Assembly (NCBI GenBank): GCA_965203295.1
Contig: CBDBCZ010000010.1
Location: 32,001-96,000, forward strand
DNA length: 64,000 nucleotides
Source of the DNA: Nitrospirales bacterium
Lineage (GTDB): Bacteria > Nitrospirota > Nitrospiria > Nitrospirales > UBA8639
Direction: 5' to 3'
Shown: one piece after another, positions 24,774 through 38,490 of the stretch
Layout of the letters: every line of letters starts with the position of its first letter
How positions within the stretch are numbered: the first letter of the stretch is position 1
Program-made: the position numbers and the translations under genes
Notes under the pieces: model-generated
What the model was told of the DNA's origin: nothing
Seen by the model: only the letters and a program-made list of their open reading frames with translations
The model's database searches: none

Positions 24774-25912
24774 CACTCGGCAGCCAATCAATCGACCCAA
24801 CATTTGCTACTCGATTTTGAAGAAATCTGGCTTATCTGTGAGTTGTTTGATATCACATACAGTTGATGTGACTAGTTTAAATGTCAACTTTCTTTGCAGA
24901 AAGATCTCGGTGGGATAGCTTTTCACCTTCAGTCAGACCCAAAGAGTTTTCCAAAAACACTTTTATTTTGTAGAACAAAAAAGATTGTTGCAAGAGTGTA
25001 CTATTTCTTGCACAAGGCAGCTGGGAATGCAAGTGCTGTTAGCATGTATCATGCAACTTTGTCTGAGGAGACGAAGTCCCACATATACCATACGTTTTCT
25101 GCGCCAGATTCTCCCATTCGATTTCTTTGTGCTACAGTGGCATTTGGCATGGTAAGTGTTTTCCTACTTGTAGTAAATGCTGTGTGTTTAAATAGTTACA
25201 GTATGTGATTTTTGTGTAGGGTATGGATATCGCTGATATTCTGGTGACTTATCAGCTATGGGCTTCCAGTTTCAGTGTTAGAGTTTTATCAGGTAGCACT
25301 TCTTGCAAAAGTGAGCAAACTTCATAGTTTACTGCTATGTATTTTATTTTGTTCCCCAGCAAAGTGGACGGGCTGGAAGAGGTGGACAACAAAGTCTTTC
25401 ACTTTTGTTTTATGGTGGTTCGTCTGCAGAGATGAAGAATGCCAGTGGAGACTTGCGGGAGCTAGTAGATAATAAGGAGAATTGTCGTAGGAATACTATT
25501 TTAAAGGTTCTTGGTAGTGGAGAGGAGAGGCAACCACAGCGTATTGCATGTTGCGATGTCTGTGGAACTGAAAAGTTGCCATCAGCACTCCAAGTGATGT
25601 TTCCTTCTGCTGTGCCAGTTACGGCTAGACAAAGTCGTGCTCGTACTGTGCCCAGGCGGGTGCTTAACGAGCTGCGGGCTGCACTGATTACCGCTCGTGA
25701 TCAAATTGTTGACACAAGTACAGGGTTTCAAATGTTGGGTTCAGAAATAGTTTGTAGTACTAAAGTAATTAATGATTTGTGTAAAAATGTAGCATACATA
25801 GTGTAGAAGACCTTAAGATTATTCAAGGATTGAGAACAGATTTATATTTTTATTTTTATAATGTTATCTTGGATGTTTTACCATCACACATACGTAGGAA
25901 GAGACGATTGTA
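24774..25912 (+). pseudogene. RecQ helicase C-terminal exons (helicase C domain, zinc-binding region)
   Basis: RQPINRPNICY, KTLLFCRT, SMYHATL, FLCATVAFGM, QQSGRAGRGG, CRR..CCDVC. Confidence 0.88.
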
Positions 25913-26061
25913 GTATACTGTGTGTAACAAGGTGTGAGCTCTGTATTGTCTATGTATGTCTGTCATATATTCATTAATCACTCGCTAAATGTAATGAAAT
26001 TGAACAGTGAATACTTAGTTAGAAATGGAGACCATGTGGCAGGTATGTTGTGCGCTAACAG

Positions 26062-29000
26062 TCAGTGGTGTAATTCATAAATAGAGTCTACTTCGTAGTG
26101 TTCATCCTCTTCCCTACTGCTTTCACCCAGGTCTGATTCTGTGTCTGTCTCCATCTTGAATATGCGGTCCAGCCACCCTCCTGTTGCCTTTTCCATTCCT
26201 TTTACTACAGGATCCTCAAATGGTGAGCCCGTTCGTTGCTCTGTTTCATAAGTTGACCTCTCCTCTAGAAGATGAGTACACATCTTCCTGATGTCTGCTG
26301 TAGCATCTGCAGTTGTATGATGGCTAGAACGGTGGGTGCCAAACTGGTCATCAACCTTTTTAGCAGCATCAAGAAGGAACAGGGTAGCCATAGATGCTTC
26401 AACAATATGTTTGTCTGTGATATTTGCCCCACTAGCACGAAGAGTTTCCTTCAGTACGCTACAGAAAGTGGAGACCGGATTTGATAGCAAATTTTGCTTA
26501 CTTAGTGTATACCCGCCTAATTTAAAATGCCTATTTACTTAGCCTCACGGCTAGTTATTATTAACCACCTACAACACTTACAGGTTGTAATGTTCAACCA
26601 GCTGGTCCACTGGTTTCCCATGCCCGGGTTTGCCATCAGTGTTCACTGTACGTTTATGTACAACTATGTAGGCTATATGCCTCGGAAAGTCAGCTTGAAT
26701 ACTGCAGATCATGTGCGCTGCTTCGGTGGAATAATTTTTCTTCCCGGTACCCAAAAATCACAATAGCCACATCTTCCTCAGACGAATTATGTGAGGACCA
26801 TTCTCAAATCGTATCGCTTGGCGCAAATTTGAATAAAGGAATGCTGTTGCAACAAACGACCGATGTAGCCCGTACACTGGATCCGACACCGACTCGAAGC
26901 AAGGCGCAATGGTATTGCTGACAATAGATGTTGCTGTCGTCTCGAGCCACTTCAGTGAGGAATCATGTGCGATGGAGTCAGTGGGGGACTTGATGTTTAG
27001 CTGCCCACAGATGCTAGCAACCATGTGAGCTTTGAAAGCATGCATCACAAACTCATCGGCAGTGCTGAAGGTCTTTGCCTTCTTATCTACTGTTAGTCGG
27101 TTGATGTACTCCCTCAGATGGCAAAGAAAACCGGTAATGGAGGGATTTCCCCAGTACGTCTCCACAATGACTTTCAAACACTCCCAAAGGAAGTGGAAGT
27201 CACCTGAGGTATGAATCCGTATAACATGCCCCTTTTAAACATGTATCCAGCCATAAATTTGTGGTGACCTACCTGGTATCTCATTGACCCATTTTAACCG
27301 GTTTATAACCTGAATCTCAGGATCCAGCCACTGCTTTCCCGAACGGATATTCTTGCATGTCATCTGGTCACCTATTACCACCTGTATATTAAAATTTTGT
27401 TTTCACTATGGTATCTTAACATTAATGCTCCACTGTTCATACCTGAGGATTACCATGAAGGTTTGCATCCATGGCAATCTTTTTTAGGATCTCAACATTC
27501 TCAGAAGTATACTTCTCATCCCGGAACAAGAGCTCCATTGGAACGACTCCCGAAGTGGCAACCGGATGCAGATTCTTTTCCAGAGGGGCGTATCGGGCAA
27601 GGCCTCTAAGGCTCTCAAATTCCTCGACTAGGAGACGCATCACAAAATTGACCGCTTGCTCATGCAATTCCTTACCATCTGCCTCATTGGGAAGGATGTC
27701 AGTGATTTGCAGTGTACTGCGTGGTTTTTGTGGTTTGCTGTCTTCCCAGTCCACTTCCCACTCAGGCAAGTGCTGTACCTTGATAGCAAGTCGTGAGGTC
27801 GCATTTAGCATTTGAGAGTGATGGGCTATGAAAGAGGTGTTATTTACAATTATTGTAATTCTTTTTGTAGGTTTTTGGTCACGCTTACCTTGGCATTCAT
27901 GACGGGCACGTCTGTGAATGTTGATGTTGTCGTATGCCCATAGCCAGTGGCCTTCCTGGACGACACGAAGATACCTTGCCTGCTCTGTCAAATTCCTGAG
28001 GTACTGCCATGTACTTCCGTATGACATGCACACACCAGCATGATTCAGTACGGTGATTGCCTGTTTTTTAAATTAACTGTTTATCATTCAGTTTCATTGA
28101 GTTAGAATAATGACTAAACTCACCTGTTTACTAGTAGCCCTAGCAACCAGCATAATGCTCATCAGTAACTGCACCCCCTTCACTCTGTTAGAGTGAGCAT
28201 TTAATAGGATGCAAGCTGACATCAAAGCCTTCATCTCTTCAGGGGTGTGTCCCTCCTGATCTGCTGCCCTGTTTCTCTCCGTTTTACCCAGGGTGGCAAA
28301 GAGGCGGTAGACGTCTGGCATGCCAGCCCGCAGCTCACTCATAACGCTGTCAATTGAGAAGGCTTCGAAGTGCTCCACGGTGTCAGGACCATGAAACACT
28401 TGGTTGGTTGTACGCCGTGCTACCTGATCCACCTGCTGTATTAAGTGAGCATTTCCACCTGCTGTATTAAGTGAGCATTTTCGGATTGAGCCTTGAGCTG
28501 CTGACTCTGTTGCTGCTCCATTGCCTCTAACACCCGAATGCGAGCTGTCAGTTGAGCAGTTTTTTGTTGCTCTGTCACTACAGCTTCAGATCGAGCTTTG
28601 AGCTTCTGACTCTGTTGCTGCTCCATTGCCTCTAACGCCTGAATGCAAGCCGTCAGTTGAGCAGTTTTTTGCCGCTATGACTCTAATGCTTGTTCGAGGT
28701 CACTGGTAATTTGAGGAGAAACTTCCACTGTATGTTGAGATGGGCTAGCTGAAGGCTCTGGCTCAGATGGAATTTTCAACTGAACTCCAAAGATTCTGTT
28801 TCCACTTTTTGTCTGAGTGCTTTGGCTGTGTGGAAACGCCTCCTTGATTATGCCTGTAGCCTCAACTCTGCTAATAGATTCAGATGGAAATCCTTCTTGT
28901 AGCATTTGGTAGATGTCTGAAAATTTTGTATGTTTTTTATCACACCCAATTGTTGGTGCTACTGTCAGCCTTTCCTTAAGCCTGAAAGAGAGCAATCAAA

Positions 29001-29076
29001 GTAAGCTGATTTTTCCTACAGACTGACGTGCAACTTGAACTTCCCATTCAACCTTCGAATGCCTTCTAGATGACAT
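26062..29076 (-). pseudogene. AcademH transposase (DUF6589-like), multi-exon, with frameshifts
   Basis: RVKGVQLLMSIML, LNHAGVCMSYGSTW, WAYDNINIH, GDQMTCKNIR, IPGDFHFLWE, LRQAIRFENG, TVNTDGKPGHGKPVD; short coiled-coil repeats at 28440-28680. Confidence 0.78.
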
Positions 29077-29099
29077 GTTGACAGTGCAACGTGTAACGG

Positions 29100-29340
29100 A
29101 CTGAACTGAGACTGCACAAATCTAGCTGAAGACTGACGAAACGTAGAGAACGTAGGCGAACTGAAGACTGACCGAACCTGGAGAACGTATGTGAACTGAA
29201 GACTAGAGTAGACTAACTGAAGACTGACCGAACCTAGAGTAGACTAACTGAAGACTGACCGAACCTAGAGTAGACTAACTGAAGACTGCTGAACCTAGAG
29301 TAGACTGACTAAAAACTATAGTAGACTGAATAACTGGACT
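29100..29340. repeat. ~31-bp tandem repeat upstream of the transposase
   Basis: AACTGAAGACTGACCGAACCTAGAGTAGACT repeated. Confidence 0.85.
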
Positions 29341-30175
29341 AAATGACCTCTCTGCTCTCTTTTATGCCTCCTGCAGCATCAGTTCCTGTATGTATCAGTT
29401 CCTGTACATGTGAAATGTACCTGTTTTGGTTCTGATTAACTATTATGTACTAGTGATAATTGTGTCCATGTGCGTCATGTTTTGTGTAATTGTGTCCATG
29501 TGCGTCATCTTTAGCGATAATTGTGTCCATGTGCATCATCTTTAGTATTCATGACATCATCTTAGAAATAATTGACCTTCCCATGCACGTGTAGCCTGTC
29601 ATTTGACACATGCCTGGCATTCTGAAAGCGTGAAATGTTCATATAATATAAAAGTAACGCAAGTAAATGATTTATATCGCAAAAAACTGTCAATAACAAT
29701 GCAGGTTACAACCAATGTCATGCATAACGGTTTGATAGCAAGTAAAGGCGATATCACTATGGGTACTTGTACTACCTGCACTGCAGTTGGGGCAGCTCCG
29801 CTTGAATCGAGTTTCCAGAAGCAGAATTGTTTATTACGGGACTGTCTGCCAACAAAAAATTGCTATTGCTGAACGTCCACTCGTGTAAAACGTATTCAGA
29901 ACTCGTACGGCCGTTTGGCAACGCTAGCTCTCGCCCTCTCCTGGCGCCATTTTTTTGCAGACTACAACGCGAACGTAAGCGTTAACGCGAACGTAAGCGT
30001 TAACGCGAACGTAAGCGTTTACGCGTTATGCGTCACGCGTAATCGGATTAACAAAACCACACACCCTACGTCACGGCGCTGACACATGTCGCGTGACGAA
30101 ATGTACCAGGCTCCCTGCCTGCTTTTTTCCACTTTGTGATTAAAAGCTGGGGGGTGGAGCCTGGGAACGAGGCTA

Positions 30176-31162
30176 GAGTTCTCCACAGTGGAGTGAAGGC
30201 AACACTGAGAGGTGAGGTCTCAATTTTGGATCTTCCGAGGAAGAAGCTTTCTCAGACAGATCCTGAGAAGGTGTACAGTTAGCAAGAGGTTTGAAGGAAG
30301 GCCATATCGAGCTCCTGACCCTCCTCCATTACCGTTCTTCCGAGTCAACGAAGCTCCGCCTTTTGCTTACACCGGGGTAGACTTTGCCGGACCTCTCTAC
30401 ATCAAAGGAGCCAATGTCACGTCCAACAAGGTCTGGATGAGCTTATTCACCTGTTGCGTAACACGTGCTGTTCACCTTGACCTCGTCCAGGATCTCTCCG
30501 CCCCGTCGTTCCTTAGGTGCCTAAAGAGGTTCACAGCTCGTAAGGGACTTCCCACCAAGAATTTTGAGTCTGCCCGACCACCTCTGGCGAAGTACTAAAG
30601 AAGACGATGGAGATCTCACGATGGAGATCTCACAGCTGGTCCAGAAGTTCTCACAAAAAGGGCCAGGCATTTGAACAAAGTACTGAGCCGATTTTAGACC
30701 CGGTGGAGGAAAGAATACCTCCTAGAGCTGAGGGAGGCCCACCGACATCATCGTGGCCATGTCCATACATCACCAGTAGCCGTTGATGATGTTGTTATTG
30801 TGCATTCTGCAGATCGACCTTGGAACTTCTGGAAGCTAGGTCGAATCAAGGAGCTTCTGATGGGACGAGATGGCAAAGTCAGGGGTGCAGTCCTACAGGT
30901 AGTTGGCGAAGGTCGACGAGCCACCTCACTGTACCGTCCTGTAGAGATGTTGTACCCACTCGAGGTATCTCAGCCCACTCGCGGAGACTCTGACAACAAC
31001 CCAGAGCAACCAGGAGCCCCTCTCAACCAGCCTGGCGGTGGCGAAGATACCCGACCGGATGACCCTGATGCAAGTAAACCTCCATCTCGCCGCTTGAGAC
31101 GTGCAACCACACTGCAGGCCCGTGATCGAATATTGGCCCAAGCACTTAACAAAGCTGACTGA
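30176..31162 (+). pseudogene. BEL/Pao integrase and C-terminal domain, internally deleted
   Basis: PPFAYTGVDFAGPLY, LFTCCVTRAVHLDLV, FLRCLKRFTARKG, WKLGRIKEL..GRDGKVRGA, LYRPV..LYPLEV. Confidence 0.92.
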
Positions 31163-31167
31163 GTTTC

Positions 31168-31365
31168 TTATGGAACTTAAATTCCTTCTTTGTCTACCAC
31201 TGAATGCGTCTGTGATCACTCATTTATTGCATCGTCATTACATCATTGTGATCACGTGTTTGTAAGAGTCAGATTAATGAAGTTTTGTGAACACGTGTGG
31301 TGCAGCTAGCAGAAGAATCCTGCATGATCGCCTCCATGGGAAGTGATATGGTAGTGCCTATTACA
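31168..31365 (+). repeat. 3' LTR of the BEL/Pao element (initial TG missing)
   Basis: TTATGGAACTTAAATTCC...CCTATTACA matches 7346-7543. Confidence 0.92.
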
Positions 31366-32139
31366 CTTCCCTTTCCGAATTACCGACTACATAATATGTA
31401 TGTGGTACAAACTTCCTTTACAATAAGCGGTGCATTTAGGGTAATCGGTATTATAAGACATGAATATAACCATGATTTCCCCCTCAAAAATTGTGGAACT
31501 GACAATTGATGCAACATTTGCTTGCATGGGCAATACATTCGGATCAAACCACGTACGTCTACCTACACAACTAGATAGCTTTTATATCTGAGGACAGTTG
31601 TTAAGTACTTCAGTGCAGAGGAAGGTGCTTTCCCTGAGTTCTGCTTTGATGGCAGTGATGATGACCTGAACATGGAAGGACAGGAGCCACACTATCCACT
31701 GATCTGTCTGATGATGAATGTAATGCATTAACTCTTTTCTTTGAATCAAAAGTGATCCATACATTACCAAAAAAAGATTGAGGACTTTCACCAGTAGGAG
31801 GCTTTTCCTTGGCAAGTGTCATACCTGGACAAACTGGTAGTAAAAAGAACATGTCGATATTTATATCCTACACAAATATATACTTTTTTAATGAATGAAG
31901 AGGTAAGGGAGTAAGGGAGTCAAGAGATGACAATGGGGGAGGCCAGCACATGGTAGGAGTAGAGCAAGAGACAGTAGAAGAGGTGGTGGTGCAGGGAGGG
32001 AGAGTGAATGAGGGGGGGGTAAAGAGGGAGAGAAGGGCACCTACTTTGAGAGGACAACCTAGTGCTATTCTAACAGGACTGAGAAGAAGGCAGAGGCTGG
32101 TTATAGCGCAACAGGTTTACTACTCTGTAACATACAATT

Positions 32140-33766
32140 ATATGTGTATAGGCTGGACCATGAGTATATTCGCCGATGAACTCGCACCAGCTGTTCCAAT
32201 ATCCAGTGACTCTAGAGAGCTGTTCTCTTTGTTCCTCGACGGCAGAGTAGTGGGCTTTATTGTCACGGAGACAAATTGATATGCTGAGCAATACTTAGCA
32301 GAAACAGACAGAGTCATAAATGTCAAGAACATGAGGGCATACTTATATAGGAGTTAATATCCTGATGGGAATCTGCCGCCTGCCATAGGTAGAAGATTAC
32401 TGGTCCCATAATGAGAAGCTACACTATGTTGCGATAGCTTCCAGGATCTCCCACAGCAGATTCGAGAAGAGGAGAGAGCCTGGATATCACCGGCAGCCAA
32501 AAATACAGCAGATCATCACTGCCAGAAAGATCAGTGCAGTTCTACAGAGCAGAGCTTTGTTTCTAACTATCCTATCTGTAGCTTTGAAGCTAGGCCTTTT
32601 ACCCACCCACATTTTCTCGCAGACATGGAGTAAATATAATTATGAAAAAAAATAACATTTGTGAGTGGGGGCCTGGGGTACATGTATGTACTGCACACAC
32701 AATCTACGTTTCAATTATTACTCACCAATCTGCAGATCGATCCTCTATGAAGCAGTACGTGCCTCTGAAACCCACCAAGCACGACTTCAAGGTGTGGGTG
32801 CAAGCTGATGCTGTGACGAGCTTCTTGCGTGATTTCAGCATCTATGTTGGAGAGTTAACAGATGGAGACTCGAGAGTAGTTGGCTTAGGAGAGTGGGTAG
32901 TTCACGAGCTATGTATGCCACTACACGAAGGAAAGTACCAGGGCTTGATAACTGTTTTACCACCTGTTTTCTGTTCGAGGATCTCTTGAAGCAGAAGATT
33001 TTTGCTTATGGCACATCCAGGATGGATTGCCAGAGCTCTCCGGAGGCACTGAAGGGTATTGTTTTGCCGGAGTGAGGACAGCACGTGTCGGGTCAGTGTG
33101 GCAACCTTTAAGCTACAGTATGGCAGGACAAGCAGGCTGCAAAGTTGCTCTCCACAATGTGTGATTCAGTCCATAGCAAGTCTGTGGAGAGGAGACAGAA
33201 AGACGGTAGTAGACTGGCAGTGCCATGCCTGGATGCAGTAGTCCAGTAGAATGAGTTTATGGGGGGAATAGACAAAGGGGACCAGCTGCGACATTACTAC
33301 TGGTTTCGGCTGAAGTGAGTGAAGAGCTATAAGTACATCTTTTGGTTCTTGCTGGATGTTGCGTCACCAATGCACACATTCTATCACGCTTAAGTCTAAC
33401 AACTACAACTTTGAAGCCACTCAAAACCTTCCGCCTAAATCTTGATGAGCAGCTAATTGGCAGCTATCATAGCCACAAGCGAGTAGGCTTGCCAACCTTG
33501 GGTAGGAGTCTACCCCATCCACCCAAACCTCTGCCATCCCCAGATGACAATGGACCTCGTTTCACAGCATTCCCGCACCATCACCAGTCTCCACCTCCCA
33601 TCTCACTGTAAAAAGAAGTGGTGTGTCTACTGCAGGGACTACCGTCCCCCCCAGCCGAAGGCGGGAGACAGTGTGGTACTATAAGGAGTGTGAGGGCAAA
33701 CTTGCTCTTTGCCTAACAAGGCAGGAAGACAGCTCCGACTGCTTTTGTTTGTGGCACACCAAGTAA
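32140..33766 (+). pseudogene. piggyBac (PGBD-like) transposase relic
   Basis: FSLFLD..IVTETN*YAEQ, RSSMKQYVPLKPTK.DFKVWV.AD, DNCFTT..LFEDL, WQD, FMGGIDKGDQLR.YY and a Cys-rich tail; many stops and frameshifts. Confidence 0.85.
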
Positions 33767-33879
33767 CCATTAAGCCAAACCAAATTAATCATTAGTTTCT
33801 CATCAATGTTTGTGCCAAGTTCAACTGCCTGTGCACTTGTTTTTTTGGCTTATAAAGTATCAATACTTTAATTTCACTG

Positions 33880-34590
33880 CTGTGTGTGTGTGTGTGCATG
33901 CGTGCGTGCGTGTGTAACGAATGTGAAGTCACACGCACGATTGCGCAAAAAGACTGTGATGTCATTAAATGAGTACTTGGTATTCTGACCGCTGCATGTT
34001 GTGGGACGCTCTGACAGCCGACGGGTATGGCCTTAAATGAGCACTTCAAGGTTATTGTGCAAAGGTTAGTGACTGTATAGTCCTGTCAGTGCAAACCATG
34101 CACAGCCGTAACTGGTGCGCTAGACAAACTATGACGATGTGCATTAAATAGTGTCGGTGCCACACATACATGGAGGCTGTGGCTATGAAGAGCTACACTT
34201 CAGTCTTAAATTTAGTGTTTTATTATGCAATTGTTTGCTGTCTCTTCTGCTGTTTTTACTGCCTCCACACAGCTGGGAACAATCAGTCAGCTACACTGTC
34301 TACTGCTACTTGCAAGGGTCTGGGCACGAGACTACTTTGGCTACATACTAAAAGAGCACATGGTGTGCACACATACTATGCACTCTCTTTCCACTGTAAC
34401 GAAGTCATTTTCATTGCAAACTCGAGGCCTGAATGTGGAGCTGCCTCCACATGGCTTAGTTTAGTAGTAGCTACTAACCGCCAATGGCAGATGCAAATAC
34501 TCCGTACAAATCACATAGAGGTGACACTTTCATTTCTATCTGTATAGAGCGAGTGAAGCGAGCGAGTACAACAACTTGTAATAACAAGAA
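33880..34590 (+). repeat. Dispersed non-autonomous repeat (Helitron-like?), copy 1
   Basis: Diverged reverse complement of about 44445-45118; starts with (TG)n and ends GCGAGTGAAGCGAGCGAG...CTTGT. Confidence 0.65.
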
Positions 34591-35618
34591 CACTGTTCAG
34601 AACCCTCGGCGCTTTACTTGAGTTAAGGTAGGAAGACCTTCACCTGGAATCCATGATTCAAATGGACGGCTTTGTTGTTAACATGAAAGTCTACCTCGAA
34701 TTGACAAAAATTTTATATCTAACCACACCTCCTGCTAAATAATCCACAAAAACGCAATTTCGGATTGCTTTAAAATACGAGAAATTTTGGAATCTGCTAG
34801 AGCCCCACCCACGGTCTGGCAACAACACCAGTACCTACAGAGGACAGGCTACAAACGTAGGGATGCTTTTTCACAGGAATGCTTCAAAGCCAGTTTTACA
34901 GCCCTGAACGCATCCAACCACCCCAAAACCCTCATTTTCGCTATCCTGACTCTCAAAAAAATTCGGCAACCGCCCACTCTCACCTGACGAATTTGAGCCC
35001 TGCATTACAAACTATAAATCTCCAGATTTTCACACAGCTAGCTATTCGAACTAATCAAGATAAAATGGGCGGGCCTACAGACCCAACAGGTGACTATTCT
35101 AGCCTACCTGAGATGGGCAACAACCTGCCACTATCCGTCTGTCTGACTGACTTCTAGCCACTCGGGCAGCCTAACAAACTTTCTACAACACACTAGCTAG
35201 CTATTCTGACATAAAAAGCCTACTCACAATTCTATGATGTCATATCTTCTTTTTTTTTAAAAAAGTGTTGAAAGCCAACATCAGAGTACCGCTCAACCAC
35301 ATCAAAGTGCCAATATCGCATATGAAAGAGCCACTATCCATATCAAACTGACACACCCCTCCTGTTGATTCCGGTTGCCGCCATTGGAAAATGCAAACAT
35401 ATCAATGAATCTAATTAACGCCACGTGAGTGGCGTCATCTCATTTATTATTCATGAGAAGAATCACGCGGATTCGAAGGTGAGGCTCTTCCTACCTTAAT
35501 GAACATTCCCTATACGCCGTGAATCTGATGAAGCTTGGTTTGAATCTCTTTGAATCGTGTTGTGAGATTGTCTTGCACTTAAAGTGTCGTGAGTTACTGA
35601 CACTTTGGTCATTGTATT

Positions 35619-35843
35619 TTATATAATTTGTAGTTTCATTGGCCCTTGTAGACCTTTGTCATCTTTTGTACGTTTGGCTTTCTCTTCAGCAGTTTTATTG
35701 GCCCTCTTAGCTACCATTTGCTCTTTAACATGCTTTCTACGCTTAGCTTTCTCTTTACCAGTTTCATTGTCCCTCTTAGCTACTATTTGCTCCTCTTTAA
35801 CTCTTTGCACGCGATAATTACGTATACGCGGAGATGCCCCCAC
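35619..35843 (-). pseudogene. Charged-repeat (STPR-like) fragment resembling the N-terminus of Helitron proteins
   Basis: KRDNETGKEKAKRRK / KRANKTAEEKAKRTK repeats. Confidence 0.35.
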
Positions 35844-36437
35844 GCGGATTTAATTTCATCCACGTTGCCCAGAAATAGCGTCGAATGTGGAAGGTGCGGG
35901 AAGGTGACTTACGATTGTTGGCAACGTATTTTCCAGAAATGAAGTTTTTGCAATGAAGAAAAAAGATGTGCCTACCAGTCAAGAGTCATCCAGGGAAAAT
36001 TTGGAAGTCCTGGCGTGGATCCATCGAGATTCGTCGAAGGGCGTCATGGCCGCGTTACTGTGTGAGTTTGTACATGGCTTATACCGCACGAAAGTGGTAT
36101 AGCTACGCCACCGCAGTTAGATAGGTAGTTAGTGGGAGGTATAAAGTAGCCGAGAAGGCTGCTTACTGAGCTGCTTTGCACACCTTCTACTTACCATTGG
36201 TGTATCATGCCTGTGTACTGTGTAGTATTATACATACGCATTCAAAATTGTAGTAAGTAGAGGGCGTGGAAAGTAGCCAGCCATGCACAACAGCCTTCCC
36301 TGTAGCAAATAAAGCTTTTGCGGGTTTTGTGAAGCTTTTGTTTAGACATAAGTTGCTGTGTAGATCATACAGAGTTTAGTTTCCTGTGCGATAGTGAACC
36401 AGGGTATGGTATCGCTCAAAACAGGCAGTGGGATGAA

Positions 36438-37420
36438 GTGCCAGCTGCTCTGGGCAAGTTTTACAGAAGTACCCGGTTCTATGCCTTGTCTGTCCACTGC
36501 AGACCACGCAGTTGCGGTAGGTGGAGCACTGATCGAGGAGGTGGAGCTTCCTGTTCAGACGAATGGGAGTGGGAAGATGACGATGTTGCAGGTTGCCAGG
36601 AGGAAGAAATTGATGATCATACTCGGAGTGTGATCCATTTTCTGTCGCTGTTTATTGTCAGGTTCCAAATAATTTATCGTGTATCAGAAAAAGCCATTTT
36701 GTTCATATTGAAACTATTTGGAGCAGTTCTAGCTTTTTTAGCAGCAATCATTCAACATAAATTGTTACCAAACTTAGCTAGAGTATTTCCTGTGTCATTG
36801 CACTTTGTGTGCAAGTATGCAGCACTAAACCAAGTTGACTTTACAGCATTTGTAGTATGTCCAGTATGTCACAAATTGTATGACCCAAAGTCCAAATTGA
36901 CAATAAAAGACAGCTGTGGCATTGAGATGTCCTCTAAATGCTCCTTTGTTGCTTTTCCAAATCATCCACATCATAGTCGTCGTCATGAATGTGGAGAAAA
37001 GCTTATAAAGAAAGTGAAGTGTAAAGGAAATATGTACAAGTTTATGCCCAGAAGTGTGTACTGTTATTATCGTGTCAAGTGAGGACTATCACAGCTTGTG
37101 AACAGGAATTGGTTCTGGGATGCTTGCAATCATTGGAAAAAGAGGTCAGTACATGAGAAAGAATTAGAAGATATATAATTATGATGACAGAGTGTGGAAA
37201 GAATTTGAGAGTGATTTTTTTAATGGTAGGAAGAAATTAGGATATATGTTAAATGTGGATAGGTTTCAGCCATATAAGCATTCAACCTACTCGAAGTAAT
37301 ATACTTAGTAATAATATACTTAGTAATATTGAACTTTCCACGAAACATTCGTTATAAGCTTGAAAATTCCATCATAATTGGTTTCATTCCTGGTCCGCAC
37401 GAACCAAGTGGTAATATCAA
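36438..37420 (+). pseudogene. CACTA/EnSpm (CMC)-type transposase, N-terminal half, truncated
   Basis: FVVCPVCHKLY, CSFVAFPNHPH..RHECG, YCYYRVK*, LNVD.FQPYKHSTYS, RYKLENSIIIGFIPGPHEP. Confidence 0.8.
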
Positions 37421-38006
37421 GTGGCATCTTGGTTTGACATTCATAAAGATCGTGATATTTTGGAGCCACCTATAGAGTTTTGGGAAAATAGTTTCATGCC
37501 CATTGGTTCATATTCATTTATTCCTGTTGTTCGTATTTTGCATCCAGTTTTTTTTTGCTATTGACGAAGCTACTGATGAATGTTATATAAAGGCTTCATT
37601 GATATTCTGTGGTGCCTGCATATGCAGGCAACAGAATACACACTGCGTGCACGCACATACACACACACTTACGATGAACACTTAGGTTTAACTTTACTTA
37701 TACACTTATTCTGTAACCACCTTTTATATCAGTATGACTACTTGTACTTAGTTACTTGTATCACTTATTAGGTATTTAATATCTCCTCTTATTTCCTTAC
37801 ATGGTTGTGAGCTATACCACCAGCACTGACTTCACTCTCACCTCTATTTATCCTTTTTACCTATGGTTTCTGTAGATACCCCATGATCTGTGACTGAGAT
37901 CGATGCATATCATGTTTTTCTAGAACATTATATAAGTTGCCTCTGCATGTTGTATAAAAATCTTCAAAATTTGATGAGACTTTGTCAGTAGTACTATTCC
38001 GAACCA

Positions 38007-38078
<72 letters not shown>

Positions 38079-38171
38079 AGGATAGTAGTTGGCTTGCATG
38101 CAATGGTCGTATTAGACAACATAATATCATACTATTCTACAACAGTTGTAACCATAAATATGCATGTACGC

Positions 38172-38490
38172 AGCATGGTCACCAGACAGGGAGACACAGA
38201 GGGAACACTCGCACACTCCCAGCCTACAAGACCCGCACGAAGCATGGTCGCCGGACAGGGAGACACAGAGGGAACACTCGCACACTGCCAGCCTACAAGA
38301 CCCGCACGAAGCATGGTCGCCGGACAGGGAGACACAGAGCGAACACTCGTAAACTCCCAGCCTACAAGACCCGCACGAAGCATGGTCGCTGGACAGAGAG
38401 TCACAGAGGGAACACTCACACACTCCCAGGCTACAAGACCCACACGAAGCATGGTCGGGAGACACAGGGAACACTCGCACACTCCCAAAT
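38172..38490. repeat. 69-bp minisatellite, about 4.5 copies
   Basis: AGCATGGTC starts at 38172, 38241, 38310, 38379 and 38448. Confidence 0.93.

Larger units (their letters stand above)
11826..30175. mobile_element. AcademH-type DNA transposon (RecQ helicase plus transposase, convergent)
   Basis: About 150-bp TIRs starting TAGCCTCGTTCCCAGGC (11826-11981 / 30031-30175). TSD GAGTTCTC at 11818-11825 and 30176-30183. Removing the element restores the BEL reading ...RVLHSGV. Confidence 0.88.
7344..31365 (+). mobile_element. BEL/Pao LTR retrotransposon, decayed, interrupted by an 18.3-kb insertion
   Basis: Two ~200-bp LTRs, a PBS, gag-PR-RT-RH-IN domain order and a 5-bp flank match TTTCC (7339-7343) / CTTCC (31366-31370). 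Confidence 0.93.

Noticed and set aside
22843..24803. Three 580-640-aa minus-strand ORFs and many 68-aa ORFs
   Set aside because: By-products of a tandem repeat that lacks stop codons on one strand.
12420..25912. RecQ as a host DNA-repair gene (WRN/BLM/RECQL)
   Set aside because: It lies within TAG..CTA TIRs, convergent with a DUF6589-like transposase, and lacks the extra domains of host paralogues.
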